From NCBI GenBank assembly GCA_027339745.1, contig DAHWNW010000002.1:55725-119724 (forward strand): a stretch of 64,000 nucleotides of DNA. Direction: 5' to 3'. Below, in pieces: positions 1-9,117 of the stretch. Origin of the DNA: Nitrososphaerota archaeon. GTDB lineage: Archaea > Thermoproteota > Nitrososphaeria > Nitrososphaerales > Gagatemarchaeaceae. A model generated the notes under the pieces. That model ran no database searches. It saw only the letters and a program-made list of their open reading frames with translations, and was not told the DNA's origin. Position 1 is the stretch's first letter. Each line of letters opens with the position of its first letter. The position numbers were made by a program, and so were the translations under genes.

Positions 1-14
1 CGCTGGAGTAGCGG

Positions 15-959
15 TCATACCCGGCCGCCCCTCAGCATAGTGTAGAGCATGCCGCGGAAGACCCGCTGCGACGCTTCGTAGACCACCGACACGTTAGGCT
101 TCCTTTTCAAGTACCCAAGCTCGTCCACCCATGTAACGCCCCTAGAGACGCCGTCGGCTGCGTCTACCTCGACGTAGCGTTCCCTGGTGTCGGTGGCCAC
201 TCCAGGGTTCAGCACTATGGCCATCGTGATGCTGTCTGGGCAGCTGGTCCCGTCCACACCCCTCTCGATCTCCATGAACTTGCGCACTTGCCGGTTCACG
301 GCCAGGTAGAACTCCGACTCCTTGGTCTTCATGCTCCCTATCTCTTGGAGCTCGGGGACGCCGATGAGCCCATGCCTCATGACTATCTCCCAGCCGACCA
401 TAGTCACGGGCATCCCTGAGTTCAGGACGATGCTGGCAGCGTCTGGGTCCACCCAGATGTTGAACTCGGCAGCCGGAGTCACGTTCCCCAGGTACTGATT
501 GGCTCCGCCCATGAAGTAGAATTCCTTCACTTTCTTAGCTATGCCAGGGTCTTTCCTGAGGGCGAGTGCTACGTTGGTCATGGGGGCGATCTCGACGAGC
601 GTAATCTCTCCCGGATTCTCGTTGATCGAATCGACTATGGCGTCGACTGCGTGCTTCCGCTCGGGCCTCTGTCTGGCCTTGGGAAAGTGCGAGTCACCCA
701 TCCCGTCGCTGCCGTGGATTTCCTCCACAGTCCTCCATTCCTTGAGCAGCGGGTGCCTCGCGCCAGGGTAGACCGGGACCTTCCCGGACTCCCCTGCGAC
801 CTCAACCGTGTATAGGGCGTTCTCGACTTCCTGGTCGAAGCTGATGTTGCCGCAGTTGATGGTGATCCCCTCGAGCTTTGCGTCTTTCGCCCTGAGCGCC
901 ATCATGATGGCGACGGCGTCGTCCCCCGCCGTGTCAGTGTCCAGTATTATCCGCTTCAA
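15..959 (-). CDS. Inosine/uridine-preferring nucleoside hydrolase family protein
   Basis: 'KRIILDTDTAGDDAVAIMMAL' Asp-cluster N-terminus typical of the IUNH fold. The ORF track extends to 1298, but those 113 extra codons are Ser/Arg/Pro-rich and antisense to the RIO kinase gene. A TTG at 957-959 sits directly before the conserved motif. Confidence 0.8.
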   Translation of the reverse strand: MKRIILDTDTAGDDAVAIMMALRAKDAKLEGITINCGNISFDQEVENALYTVEVAGESGKVPVYPGARHPLLKEWRTVEEIHGSDGMGDSHFPKARQRPERKHAVDAIVDSINENPGEITLVEIAPMTNVALALRKDPGIAKKVKEFYFMGGANQYLGNVTPAAEFNIWVDPDAASIVLNSGMPVTMVGWEIVMRHGLIGVPELQEIGSMKTKESEFYLAVNRQVRKFMEIERGVDGTSCPDSITMAIVLNPGVATDTRERYVEVDAADGVSRGVTWVDELGYLKRKPNVSVVYEASQRVFRGMLYTMLRGGRV

Positions 960-1047
960 GGCGGACCGACCCCGGCAGCGGTCAGATAAGAAGGATACCA
1001 GGTGCGGCGTGGTAATCTCAATAGAGGGGGCCCCGGCCCGGTGGGGG

Positions 1048-1935
1048 ATGTCCACCACCGAGAACGCGGCCAGGGTCATGAAGTCGCTGAAGGACGAGGA
1101 GTGGAGGACGCTGGCGGGGGTGGAGCGCGCTTCGACCGGGTACGGGACCCCTGACGTCGGGAGGCTCTCGCGCATGAGCCGCCTCCCCCAGGAGAGGGTG
1201 CGTTTCGCCACGGCGGACCTCGAGAAGAAGGGGCTCCTGACGAGGAAGGGCCGTGGGTTCGCCCTCACGAGGGAGGGGGTGGAGGCGATGGCGCTCAAGG
1301 ACTACGTGAAGAAGGATTTGATCTACGCGCTAGGCGCCATCATCGCGAAAGGGAAGGAGTCGGACGTGTACGAGGCGCTGACAGAGGAGGGGACGGTCTA
1401 TGCCCTCAAACTCTACAAGATCGGCAGGACCTCGTTCACAAGCGTGAGGAGGAGCAGGCCAAGGGAGGAGGCGGCGTTCAGGAGCTGGATGACGGCCAAC
1501 TATGACGCGGCGAGGCGCGAGTACCACGCGCTGAGGAAGCTGGAAGGACTCTCGCCTTCGTTCCCCCGGGCGGTGGCTTACAGCAGGAGCACTGTCCTCC
1601 TTGAAGAGGTCTCCGGGGTGAGGCTGTCCCAGAGGCCTGTGCTCGAGGACCCTGAGGGAGCCCTCGGCGCAATCCTGGCCCTCATGCGAACAGCGTATGC
1701 CCAGGCGAGCCTCGTGAACGCCGACCTGAGCGAATACAACATACTCACCGACGGGGCATCGTTCTGGCTGATCGATTGGCCCCAGGCCGTCGACTCATCC
1801 CACCCGAACAGCACTGAGCTGCTCGCGCATGACATCAAGGCCGTCACGACATTCTTCAAGAGGGCATATGGGGTCGCTGCGGACCTGCACAAGTGCTACG
1901 AATACGTCAGTGGACGTTCGCTGTCCCTGGGCTGA
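1048..1935 (+). CDS. rio2: RIO-type Ser/Thr protein kinase, Rio2-like (N-terminal winged helix plus RIO domain)
   Basis: ATG at 1048. N-terminal wHTH-like segment, then 'IAKGKESDVYEA' P-loop-like motif and 'NADLSEYNIL' catalytic region. The upstream part of ORF 808..1935 is antisense to the hydrolase gene. Confidence 0.8.
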   Translation: MSTTENAARVMKSLKDEEWRTLAGVERASTGYGTPDVGRLSRMSRLPQERVRFATADLEKKGLLTRKGRGFALTREGVEAMALKDYVKKDLIYALGAIIAKGKESDVYEALTEEGTVYALKLYKIGRTSFTSVRRSRPREEAAFRSWMTANYDAARREYHALRKLEGLSPSFPRAVAYSRSTVLLEEVSGVRLSQRPVLEDPEGALGAILALMRTAYAQASLVNADLSEYNILTDGASFWLIDWPQAVDSSHPNSTELLAHDIKAVTTFFKRAYGVAADLHKCYEYVSGRSLSLG

Positions 1936-1962
1936 GATAAAGTCCAGGACCTCGGTCGGGCG

Positions 1963-2223
1963 CTAGAGCCTGTCTGCTATCCTCACGTAGAGGACGTTGT
2001 TTCCCCTTATCACTACTTTACCGTAGTTCGCGATCTTTTTCCCGTTCTCCGACTCCTCGGCGTCGACGAGTATGACGTTCATGTATGGGTCGACGTTTGA
2101 CATCTTCCCCGCATATTCTATCTCGCTCTTCAGCCGAACAGAGACCTGCTTGTTCAGGGACCTCTGTAAGATGCTCAAGGGGCGCCTTGTCTGCTGAGGA
2201 GGTTGGAACGGCTGAGGGCTCAC
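1963..2223 (-). CDS. Sm-like (LSm/SmAP) RNA-binding protein
   Basis: Sm1/Sm2-like sequence 'VSVRLKSEIEYAGKMSNVDPYMNVIL...VVIRGNNVLYV'; small size. Confidence 0.8.
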   Translation of the reverse strand: MSPQPFQPPQQTRRPLSILQRSLNKQVSVRLKSEIEYAGKMSNVDPYMNVILVDAEESENGKKIANYGKVVIRGNNVLYVRIADRL

Positions 2224-2332
2224 TGCGAACTTCTCATCTGGCCCTCGCTCACAGTTAAAAATACATCGGTGATGAATCGTCCAAGGGGAGAGGACGTCGG
2301 GGACCGAGACAGCGGCTGGAGCGAAGGGGCGG

Positions 2333-2998
2333 GTGGCATCCTTCCCCCGCTACACGTCGGGATCTGTGGGCCTGGACGCCCTGCTGTCAGGCGGATACAG
2401 GGCAGGCACCTTGACCGAGGTGTTCGGGAGGAGCAACACCGGCAAGTCGCAGCTGGGGATGCAGGCTGCCTTGTGCGCCGCCTTGAAGGGGGCAAGGGTG
2501 CTCTATATCGACAGCGAGGGCGGATTCAGGCCCGAGAGGCTCGAGCAGATCGCCGGAGCAAGAGGGTGGGACTTCGAGGGGGCGCTTGAGAGGATCACGT
2601 TCATGAGGTCCGACTCGGCCCCGGAGCAGATGGAGACGGTCAGAGGCATGAATCGGCGGAGGGCTACGGCGGAGTGCAAGCTTGTAGTGGTGGACACGCT
2701 CACCCGCAACTTCTCGGTCGAGCTGCCCGGGAAGTCGAACCTCGCAAGCAGGCAGGGGGCCCTTGACATCCATCTGAGCGAGATGGCAAGGGACGCGTAC
2801 ATCCATTCCAGGGCGTACGTGCTGACGAACAGGGTGACCTTCGGTACCGCTGGAGACGTAGGGATAGGTGGCGGGACAGTGGAGCAGCTGGTTCATATGA
2901 CCGTGAAGCTCGAGCGCCAGGGGCAGGCGGTGTCTGCGACCTCGTTCCCTTCCTGTGAGAGGGCTGCCTTGCAGATTGGGGCTGCGGGCGTCATCTGA
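2333..2998 (+). CDS. RadA paralog (RadB-like RecA-superfamily ATPase core)
   Basis: 'GLDALLSGGYRAGTLTEVFGRSNTGKSQ' Walker A (GxxxxGKS), 'VLYIDSEGGFRPERL', Walker B-like 'LVVVDTL'. Lacks the N-terminal HhH domain of RadA. Confidence 0.7.
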   Translation: MASFPRYTSGSVGLDALLSGGYRAGTLTEVFGRSNTGKSQLGMQAALCAALKGARVLYIDSEGGFRPERLEQIAGARGWDFEGALERITFMRSDSAPEQMETVRGMNRRRATAECKLVVVDTLTRNFSVELPGKSNLASRQGALDIHLSEMARDAYIHSRAYVLTNRVTFGTAGDVGIGGGTVEQLVHMTVKLERQGQAVSATSFPSCERAALQIGAAGVI

Positions 2999-3138
2999 GT
3001 CGAGTCAGACATCGTCCATCGCAGCTCGTGTGGTGGACGTCTTCTCGAAGGAAAGTCTGCAGAGGGAGGTCCCGGAGCGACGCGCCATAGAAAGGCCCCG
3101 GCCTCGCATTGGGCCCGAGTCAGCGCTGAGGCTAGGAC

Positions 3139-3150
3139 GGTTAAATATCC
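3139..3150 (+). promoter_or_regulatory. TATA-like box (GGTTAAATATCC)
   Basis: AT-rich box in GC-rich DNA, about 26-32 nt upstream of in-frame GTG codons at 3174/3180. Confidence 0.4.
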
Positions 3151-3173
3151 AAGATACAGGTCGTACAGACGCG

Positions 3174-3497
3174 GTGGTCGTGCAAGCCAACATCGCGACG
3201 ATACTCGACTCACTCTTGAAGTCCGACCTTGACGAAGCGAAACGCAGGATACAGGCGCTCCTCCCCACAGCGACGTCCGAGAAGGAGAGAGGGAGCTTGA
3301 TGGCGGCGGCGGGGATACTAGCGAGCATTACGAAGGGGAAAGACGGCACGCTGCAGACCTGGGACAGCGCCAAGGTGGAGAGGGCGGCGAAGTCGATAAC
3401 GTCGAACCAGATGGCAGACGACTTCGACAGAGGCTATGCAGACACGCTGTTGAGCTACTCTAAGCTCAGAGCGGATACCCAGCGAACTGAAGGGTGA
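3174..3497 (+). CDS. Hypothetical small helical protein
   Basis: The ORF track gives 2955..3497. The 5' part overlaps the RadA-paralog gene and is Arg/Ser-rich. GTG at 3174 sits at promoter distance from the TATA-like box. No recognisable motif. Confidence 0.35.
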   Translation: MVVQANIATILDSLLKSDLDEAKRRIQALLPTATSEKERGSLMAAAGILASITKGKDGTLQTWDSAKVERAAKSITSNQMADDFDRGYADTLLSYSKLRADTQRTEG

Positions 3498-3810
3498 AGG
3501 CCAGCATCCAGGTGAAGAGGAAGACCATCACGAAGCCACCCACCCCGGTCGTGTAGATCTTTCCCTGCTGCTCCCTCGGCATCCCGCGGTACCACCCATA
3601 GAGGGCGAGGTAGTAAGAAACGAGGTAGACCCCTATCCCTATGCTGACCCCGAAGGACCAGTCGAAACCGTAGGCCTGGTCGAGGAGCTGGGTGCCGAAC
3701 CCTGCGACCGCCGCCAGCCCTATCCTCGTCCAGTATAGCTTATCAAACGCCGCGGCTGGCTGAGGCTTCGTGGCCGAACTATCCGGCTTCGAAGTCTTGG
3801 TGCTCGCCAA
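3466..3810 (-). CDS. Small integral membrane protein (about 3 hydrophobic helices), unknown function
   Basis: Hydrophobic segments 'IGLAAVAGFGTQLL', 'FGVSIGIGVYLVSYYLALYGW', 'GVGGFVMVFLFTWMLAFTLQF'. Confidence 0.5.
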   Translation of the reverse strand: MASTKTSKPDSSATKPQPAAAFDKLYWTRIGLAAVAGFGTQLLDQAYGFDWSFGVSIGIGVYLVSYYLALYGWYRGMPREQQGKIYTTGVGGFVMVFLFTWMLAFTLQFAGYPL

Positions 3811-5566
3811 AGAAATCGATTTGGCGTTGCGCGGAACCTACGTTAATAACATTTACAGGAGAGGAAGCGCGCAACTGTTCCGTTTCAGGAGGCCGCAGGG
3901 AGAGGATGTCTGGCTGGTGGCATCCCCCAAGAAGGGGGCCTGGATATCGAACAGGGTCGAGGAAAGGGACGAAACCACCGAATTCACTTCGCGGCTCAGA
4001 GGGGAGCTCGAGAGGGCGAGGTTCTCAGGCGCATCCCAACTGGACCTCGATAGGGTCTTCCAGATAGACTTTGATGGGAAAGAGAGTCGGAGGGTGCTGA
4101 TAGAGCTCATGCCGCCGGGGAACTTAGTGGTCCTCGGCCCAGATGGGGCGGTCAGGCTCGCGCAGAGCGAAGTGCGCGCGGGCAGCCGGCGGGTCGTCAG
4201 GGGGGAGCGATATTCCCCTCCGGGCCAGAGCAGGCTCAGCCCGCTCGATGTCGGGGCCGAAGCTGTCGAAGCGATGCTCAGGGCGGAGACGACCCTGGGG
4301 AAGGCGGTCGGGAGACACATCGCCCTGCCCAGGAAGTACGTCGCCGAGGCCCTGAAGAGAGTAGGAGCTTCAGAGGGTACGCCGTCTTCGAGCTTCGTCG
4401 GCAGAGGAGGGGAGATAGCGAAGGCTGTCGCGGACATGGTAACAGACGCGAGGACGAATCCAAGGCCGTGCATCTGCGAGACGCAGGCGGGGGACGAGGT
4501 CTTCACGTTCCCGCCCAGCGGGCTCAAGGTGAAAGAAGAAGCGGGGACGGTCTCCGAGCTCTGCGACCGCCTCTTCCTTGGAGACGCTCTGGCAGAGGCA
4601 GAACCTCCCAGCGCCGAGGAGGCAAAGCGGAAGGAGTTGATAGCGACGGCGGAGAGGCTCAGGGAGGAGTCGAAGTCGTTGATGACGAAGGCTGCGGGGG
4701 CAAGGGGGGCGGCCGCGGAGGCGAGGGCGGCCCCGCTCGACACGGCGTTGAAGGTCATGCGAGAGGCGGGGGTCAGACCGCTCAGGGACCCTGTCTCCCC
4801 AGCAGCGGCATCGTCAGCGCTCTACGACTGGGCCAAGGAGCTCGAGGCGAAGTCATCGCAGAGCCTTGAGGCCGCCGCGAAGCTGGAAAAGAGGGCGTCC
4901 AAGGTCCCCTCCAGGGCTGCGCCGCGAGCCCAGGCCCTGTCGAGGAGGAGGGGCGAGTGGTACGAAAGGTTCAGGTGGTTCGTCACGGTCGAGGGGAAGC
5001 TGGCGGTAGGCGGGCGTGACGCACAGACAAACTCCGTCCTCCTCGGGAGGCACCTCGACCCTAAAGACACAGTCTACCACGCCGACCTCTTCGGTTCACC
5101 GTTCTTCGTCCTCAAGGAGGGGGCAGCCCAGACCGAGGAGGAGTCCAGGCAGGTCGCTCAGGCTACGGTCGCCTTCAGCAGCGCCTGGAAGACGGGGCTC
5201 GGGGCCGCCGACGCGTATTGGGTGACGCCTGACCAGGTAAGTTCCGCCGCCCCGAGCGGAGAGTACCTGCCGCGCGGGAGCTTCGTCATCCGAGGGAGGA
5301 AGAACTTCGTCGCGAATGTGCTAGTGGAGGTGGCGGTCGGTATGGACCAGAAAGGCCGGGTGATGGCCGGCCCTGAGGAAGCTGTCAAGAAGAGGTGCGC
5401 GCGCTACGTCGTCCTGAGGCCCCACAACGAGAAAGCCTCCGAGACAGCCAAGCGCGTCCTCAGTGACCTTGGGTCAGACCCGAGGCGGCCGACCCTCGAC
5501 GAGGTGCAGAGGGCCCTCCCGGCTGGGGGCGGCAAAGTAATCACTCGGGCCGAAGTTCGCCGCTAA
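3770..5566 (+). CDS. NFACT-family protein (RqcH/NEMF/FbpA-like ribosome quality-control factor homolog)
   Basis: N-terminal 'LSGFEVLVLAKEIDLALRGTYVNNIY' NFACT-N pattern, central Ala/Glu-rich coiled coil, and C-terminal NFACT-R/DUF814-like 'GGRDAQTNSVLLGRHLDPKDTVYHADLFGSPFFVLK'. Confidence 0.8.
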   Translation: MAELSGFEVLVLAKEIDLALRGTYVNNIYRRGSAQLFRFRRPQGEDVWLVASPKKGAWISNRVEERDETTEFTSRLRGELERARFSGASQLDLDRVFQIDFDGKESRRVLIELMPPGNLVVLGPDGAVRLAQSEVRAGSRRVVRGERYSPPGQSRLSPLDVGAEAVEAMLRAETTLGKAVGRHIALPRKYVAEALKRVGASEGTPSSSFVGRGGEIAKAVADMVTDARTNPRPCICETQAGDEVFTFPPSGLKVKEEAGTVSELCDRLFLGDALAEAEPPSAEEAKRKELIATAERLREESKSLMTKAAGARGAAAEARAAPLDTALKVMREAGVRPLRDPVSPAAASSALYDWAKELEAKSSQSLEAAAKLEKRASKVPSRAAPRAQALSRRRGEWYERFRWFVTVEGKLAVGGRDAQTNSVLLGRHLDPKDTVYHADLFGSPFFVLKEGAAQTEEESRQVAQATVAFSSAWKTGLGAADAYWVTPDQVSSAAPSGEYLPRGSFVIRGRKNFVANVLVEVAVGMDQKGRVMAGPEEAVKKRCARYVVLRPHNEKASETAKRVLSDLGSDPRRPTLDEVQRALPAGGGKVITRAEVRR

Positions 5567-7377
5567 ATGCACTCGGCGACTATCTCGGCGACGTCGCGGA
5601 CATCCATCCCCGAGTTCGTCACCTTGGTGGCGTCGTCGAACATGGAGAGGCAGAACGGACACTCCGTGGCGATGGTCTTGGCGCCTGTCCTGGCGGCCTC
5701 CTCCGCCCTGATCCCTGCTATGGACCTCCGGTGGGGGACATTGAACCAGTAGTTCGACCCCCCCGCACCGCAACAGAAGGTCTTCTCCTTCCTCCTCCCC
5801 ATCTCCCTCAGGTCGTGGACGGACGCCGCGAGCGCCTCCCTGGGTTGGTCGAAGACGCTGTTGTACCGCGAGGCGTAACAGGCGTCATGGAGTGTCACGG
5901 AGATGTTCTGCACCTTCTCTCTGGGGACCGACACCTTCCCGTCCCTGATTAGGTCTGAAATCAGCTGGGTGTGGTACACCACGTCGAACTTCGCTCCGAA
6001 CTGGGGGTACTCGTTCTTCAAAGCGTTGAAGCAATGAGGGCAGGTGGCGATTATCTTCTTCACGCCATAGGAGTTGAGCTTCTCTATGTTCTGGAGCGCA
6101 AGCTCCTGGTACCGCCCTTCCTCCCCCAGCCTCCGAGCGGGGTCCCCCACGCACATCTCTTCTCCGCCCAGTATCGCGAACGAGACGCCGGCGCTCTTCA
6201 GTATCTTCGCCAAGGCCTTCGCTATGCGCTGGGCCCGCTGGTCGAAGGAGGAGACGCAACCCACCCAATAGAGGTACTCCGCCTTCGGGTTGGCCGCCAA
6301 GGTGTCGATGCCCAGCCCTTCGGCCCAGCCTGCCCTGGTCGAGTTCTTGAACCCGTACGGGTTCTGGCTCTGGGCTAGGTTAGCCAGCATCCCTGACTTC
6401 TCCTTGTCTAGCTTCCCCTTCGAGACGAGCTCCCTTCGGAGGTCGTAGATGACGTCAAGGTGCTTCACCCCTACCGGGCAGCTGGCGACGCAAGCCCCGC
6501 AGGAGGTGCAAGACCAGAGCTCGTCCTCGGCGACAGAAGTGAAGGGGTCAGATTCGCGTCCGGCACGGGAAAGGAGGCTGACCTTCCTAACGAGGACGCG
6601 GGGGGACAGAGGGCGGCCTGCCGCTGTCGCCGGACAGGCGGCCTCACAGGCGCCGATCTCCACGCAGGAATCGAAGGACAGAGACTGGTCCGCGGTGAAG
6701 TCTGAAACTTTGCCGACGCCCACCTTGATCGCCTCAGGGTCTGTCTTCCCCGCCATGACGTCGGCCAAGTTGAACGGCGTCCTTAGTGACGCCAGGGGCC
6801 TGTCGAACTTGGCGAAGAGGTTGATGCTTGGCCTGGCGTAGTAGCCTGCGACCAAGGAGTTCCTCGCTGCGTCGAGGAGGAGGTCCGCCCAGCCGAGGGC
6901 CGGGAACCAGAGGAGGACCAGCTCCGAGGTGGTGAGGGCGATGGCAGCCATTAGCACTATCTGAAGTGTCTTGGAGGCGGACGCGAACCCTTCAGTTACA
7001 TGCACCTCTCTCCCTACCCGCCTGCTCTGGAAGTACCTCTGGACCCGCCAACCGAAGGCGACCGCCAACCCGGCTGCGAGGGGGACGGACGCTACCCTGA
7101 AGGCGGCTAGGAGGAGAGGAGCCATACCCATGGCGGGCGCCAGGACCGCGTCAGCAATCGTGAGCCCTACCCCGAGGGCTATGGAGAGGTGCATGAGAAA
7201 GACCGGGTCCCCTGTCTTCAGTCGGCGCGCTTCGTCCCTACCCAGCCCCCAGATGCGCGCTGGGCCGAGGCTGACCGACCACCTGCGAGAGAAGTAGACG
7301 ACGGCGAAAGCGACGGCAGCCACGCTGGCGAAGGATATCGCGTAGGCGGCCAGGTAACCGACGTCGAGCCCAGCCAT
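5563..7377 (-). CDS. Membrane-anchored Fe-S oxidoreductase, HdrD/GlpC-like (EtfD-type candidate ETF:quinone reductase)
   Basis: N-terminal half has several hydrophobic helices. It carries one canonical ferredoxin motif 'CTSCGACVASCP' and one variant 'CVEIGACEAACP'. Two Cys-rich CCG-type regions are present ('WVGCVSSFD', 'TFCCGAGG'). It is last in the acd-etfB-etfA gene string. Confidence 0.75.
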   Translation of the reverse strand: MAGLDVGYLAAYAISFASVAAVAFAVVYFSRRWSVSLGPARIWGLGRDEARRLKTGDPVFLMHLSIALGVGLTIADAVLAPAMGMAPLLLAAFRVASVPLAAGLAVAFGWRVQRYFQSRRVGREVHVTEGFASASKTLQIVLMAAIALTTSELVLLWFPALGWADLLLDAARNSLVAGYYARPSINLFAKFDRPLASLRTPFNLADVMAGKTDPEAIKVGVGKVSDFTADQSLSFDSCVEIGACEAACPATAAGRPLSPRVLVRKVSLLSRAGRESDPFTSVAEDELWSCTSCGACVASCPVGVKHLDVIYDLRRELVSKGKLDKEKSGMLANLAQSQNPYGFKNSTRAGWAEGLGIDTLAANPKAEYLYWVGCVSSFDQRAQRIAKALAKILKSAGVSFAILGGEEMCVGDPARRLGEEGRYQELALQNIEKLNSYGVKKIIATCPHCFNALKNEYPQFGAKFDVVYHTQLISDLIRDGKVSVPREKVQNISVTLHDACYASRYNSVFDQPREALAASVHDLREMGRRKEKTFCCGAGGSNYWFNVPHRRSIAGIRAEEAARTGAKTIATECPFCLSMFDDATKVTNSGMDVRDVAEIVAECI

Positions 7378-7423
7378 ATGCAGCGCCGACGCCCCTCTGT
7401 TTATAGGCTGTTCGAGACGCCGG

Positions 7424-8356
7424 TCAACGCCTGGCCGAGAGGGCTCGCCTGAGGGCGGGGACCACCTGGTAAAGGTCCCCTACTATGCAGTAATCAGAAG
7501 CTTGGAAGATCGGCGCGTCCTTGTCCGTGTTAATGGATGCGACTATCTTCGAGTCCTTCATCCCGGCGACGTGCTGCAGTTGGCCCGAGATCCCGATGGC
7601 TAGATAGAGGTCGGGCTTGACGGTGACCCCCGTCAGCCCGATGTGGTGCTCTTCTGGGAGCCATCCGAGGTCGGCGGAGAGGGGACGCGAGCATCCGAGG
7701 GCCCCGTGCATCGTCACAGCCAGGTCCTCCAGCATGGAAAGGTCCTCCCTCTTCTTCACGCCCCTGCCGGCCGACACGATGACCTTCGCGGACCTCAGGT
7801 CGACCCCTCCCGCGGCCTTCTTCTCGCGCCCGACAACCTTCGACCGGTCTGAGACCTGGCCCACCTCCACCTCCTGGGTCCGCTCAGGGAGGGCCTCCGC
7901 TCTGGGATAGGCGCCTGTCTTCACGGTGACCACTGCCGGAAACTGGCACCGTGTCTTCGCCACGACCTTACCCGCGTAGACGTTCCTCTCCCCCGTCACC
8001 CCCTGCCCGTCGGAAGCGAGCTTCACCACCTCCGCCATGCACCCGACGCCAAGCTTGGCCGCCAGCCTCGATGCCGCTTCCCTCCCGTCCCTCGTCGCCC
8101 CAAGCAGGACCGCGACGGGGGAGAGATCCTTCGCTGCCCGGGCTAGGGCTTCGGCCGCGACGGCCGGCGAGACGTCCGGACCTGAGGGACCCTTGAGAAG
8201 GAGCCTCACCCCCGAGCCCCTGATCCCCTGGCGAGGGGACCCGATGTCCACGACGCGGACCTCCGCCGACGCGCCCCTTGCAACATCCTGGGCAGCGCTA
8301 GCCACCTCGGCGGAAACGCCCTCCGACTCGGAGTAGACCCAGACATCCCCGCTCAC
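7424..8356 (-). CDS. etfA: Electron transfer flavoprotein alpha subunit
   Basis: C-terminal FAD-binding pattern 'IVSAGRGV...GCSRPL...GLTGVTVKPDLYLAIGISGQLQHVAGM'. 4-nt start/stop overlap with etfB. Confidence 0.85.
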   Translation of the reverse strand: MSGDVWVYSESEGVSAEVASAAQDVARGASAEVRVVDIGSPRQGIRGSGVRLLLKGPSGPDVSPAVAAEALARAAKDLSPVAVLLGATRDGREAASRLAAKLGVGCMAEVVKLASDGQGVTGERNVYAGKVVAKTRCQFPAVVTVKTGAYPRAEALPERTQEVEVGQVSDRSKVVGREKKAAGGVDLRSAKVIVSAGRGVKKREDLSMLEDLAVTMHGALGCSRPLSADLGWLPEEHHIGLTGVTVKPDLYLAIGISGQLQHVAGMKDSKIVASINTDKDAPIFQASDYCIVGDLYQVVPALRRALSARR

Positions 8357-9117
8357 TTCAAGACGCCCTCCCTCGAAAGCGCATCCAGTAGCTTGGCGGC
8401 GGCCTCGTCGGGCCCCCCTTCTATCATTACGTGCTTCCTCGTCGACGGCTGGGACGACATCGAGACCACCTCGACCCCGCTGATGGTCCCGGGAGGAGCG
8501 ATCTCGCCGCCGTTGAGCTCCTCGATGGGCTTCTTTGATGCCTGCATTATCTGGACGAGCGTCGGGTAGCGCGGTTCGTTGATCTCGCTCACCACGGACA
8601 CCGCGAAGGGGACGGATGTCTCGACGGCCTCGACGCTGTCCTCGAGGGAGCGCTCCACCCTCGCCGACCCACCGGTCACCTCTATCTTCCTGGCGTAGCC
8701 GACATAGGCCACCCCTAGGAGCTCCCCCAGCATCGGGGGGACTTGGCCGGTGTAGGTGTCAGACGAACCTTCCGAGCATATGACCACGTCATAGGGCCCG
8801 GACCTCCTGATCGCCGCGGCGAGCATGCTAGCGGTGCGCAGCGCGTCTATGACCAACGGGTCGGCGGCGACAAACACACCCCTGTCGGCACCCATGGCGA
8901 GGGCCTCTTTCAGGGTCTTCTTCGATTCAGCAGCGCCCACCACGAAGACAACGACCTCCCCCTGGTGGGCGGATTTCAGCCTGAGCCCTTCCTCTACCGC
9001 ATTCTTGTCGAAAGTGCTCATCTTCCCGGCGGCCCCCGCAAGGACTGGCCTCCCCTCTGTGTCGAGCCTGAGCTCTGCCTCGTCAACGGCGTGTTTGACG
9101 CAAACCGCTATCTTCAT
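8353..9117 (-). CDS. etfB: Electron transfer flavoprotein beta subunit
   Basis: 'MKIAVCVKHAVD' N-terminus and 'DVVICSEGSSDTYTGQVPPMLGELLG' are typical of ETF-beta. Overlaps the acd stop by 4 nt. Confidence 0.85.
   Translation of the reverse strand: MKIAVCVKHAVDEAELRLDTEGRPVLAGAAGKMSTFDKNAVEEGLRLKSAHQGEVVVFVVGAAESKKTLKEALAMGADRGVFVAADPLVIDALRTASMLAAAIRRSGPYDVVICSEGSSDTYTGQVPPMLGELLGVAYVGYARKIEVTGGSARVERSLEDSVEAVETSVPFAVSVVSEINEPRYPTLVQIMQASKKPIEELNGGEIAPPGTISGVEVVSMSSQPSTRKHVMIEGGPDEAAAKLLDALSREGVLK

Noticed and set aside
960-1298. Long N-terminal extensions in track ORFs. Examples are 15..1298, 808..1935, 15207.., 42975.., 50968..51906, 42305..43327 and 37059..38213.
   Set aside because: The extensions have low-complexity composition and overlap neighbouring genes. 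They end at an internal ATG/GTG/TTG that directly precedes the conserved family N-terminus, often with a TATA-like box about 25-35 nt upstream.
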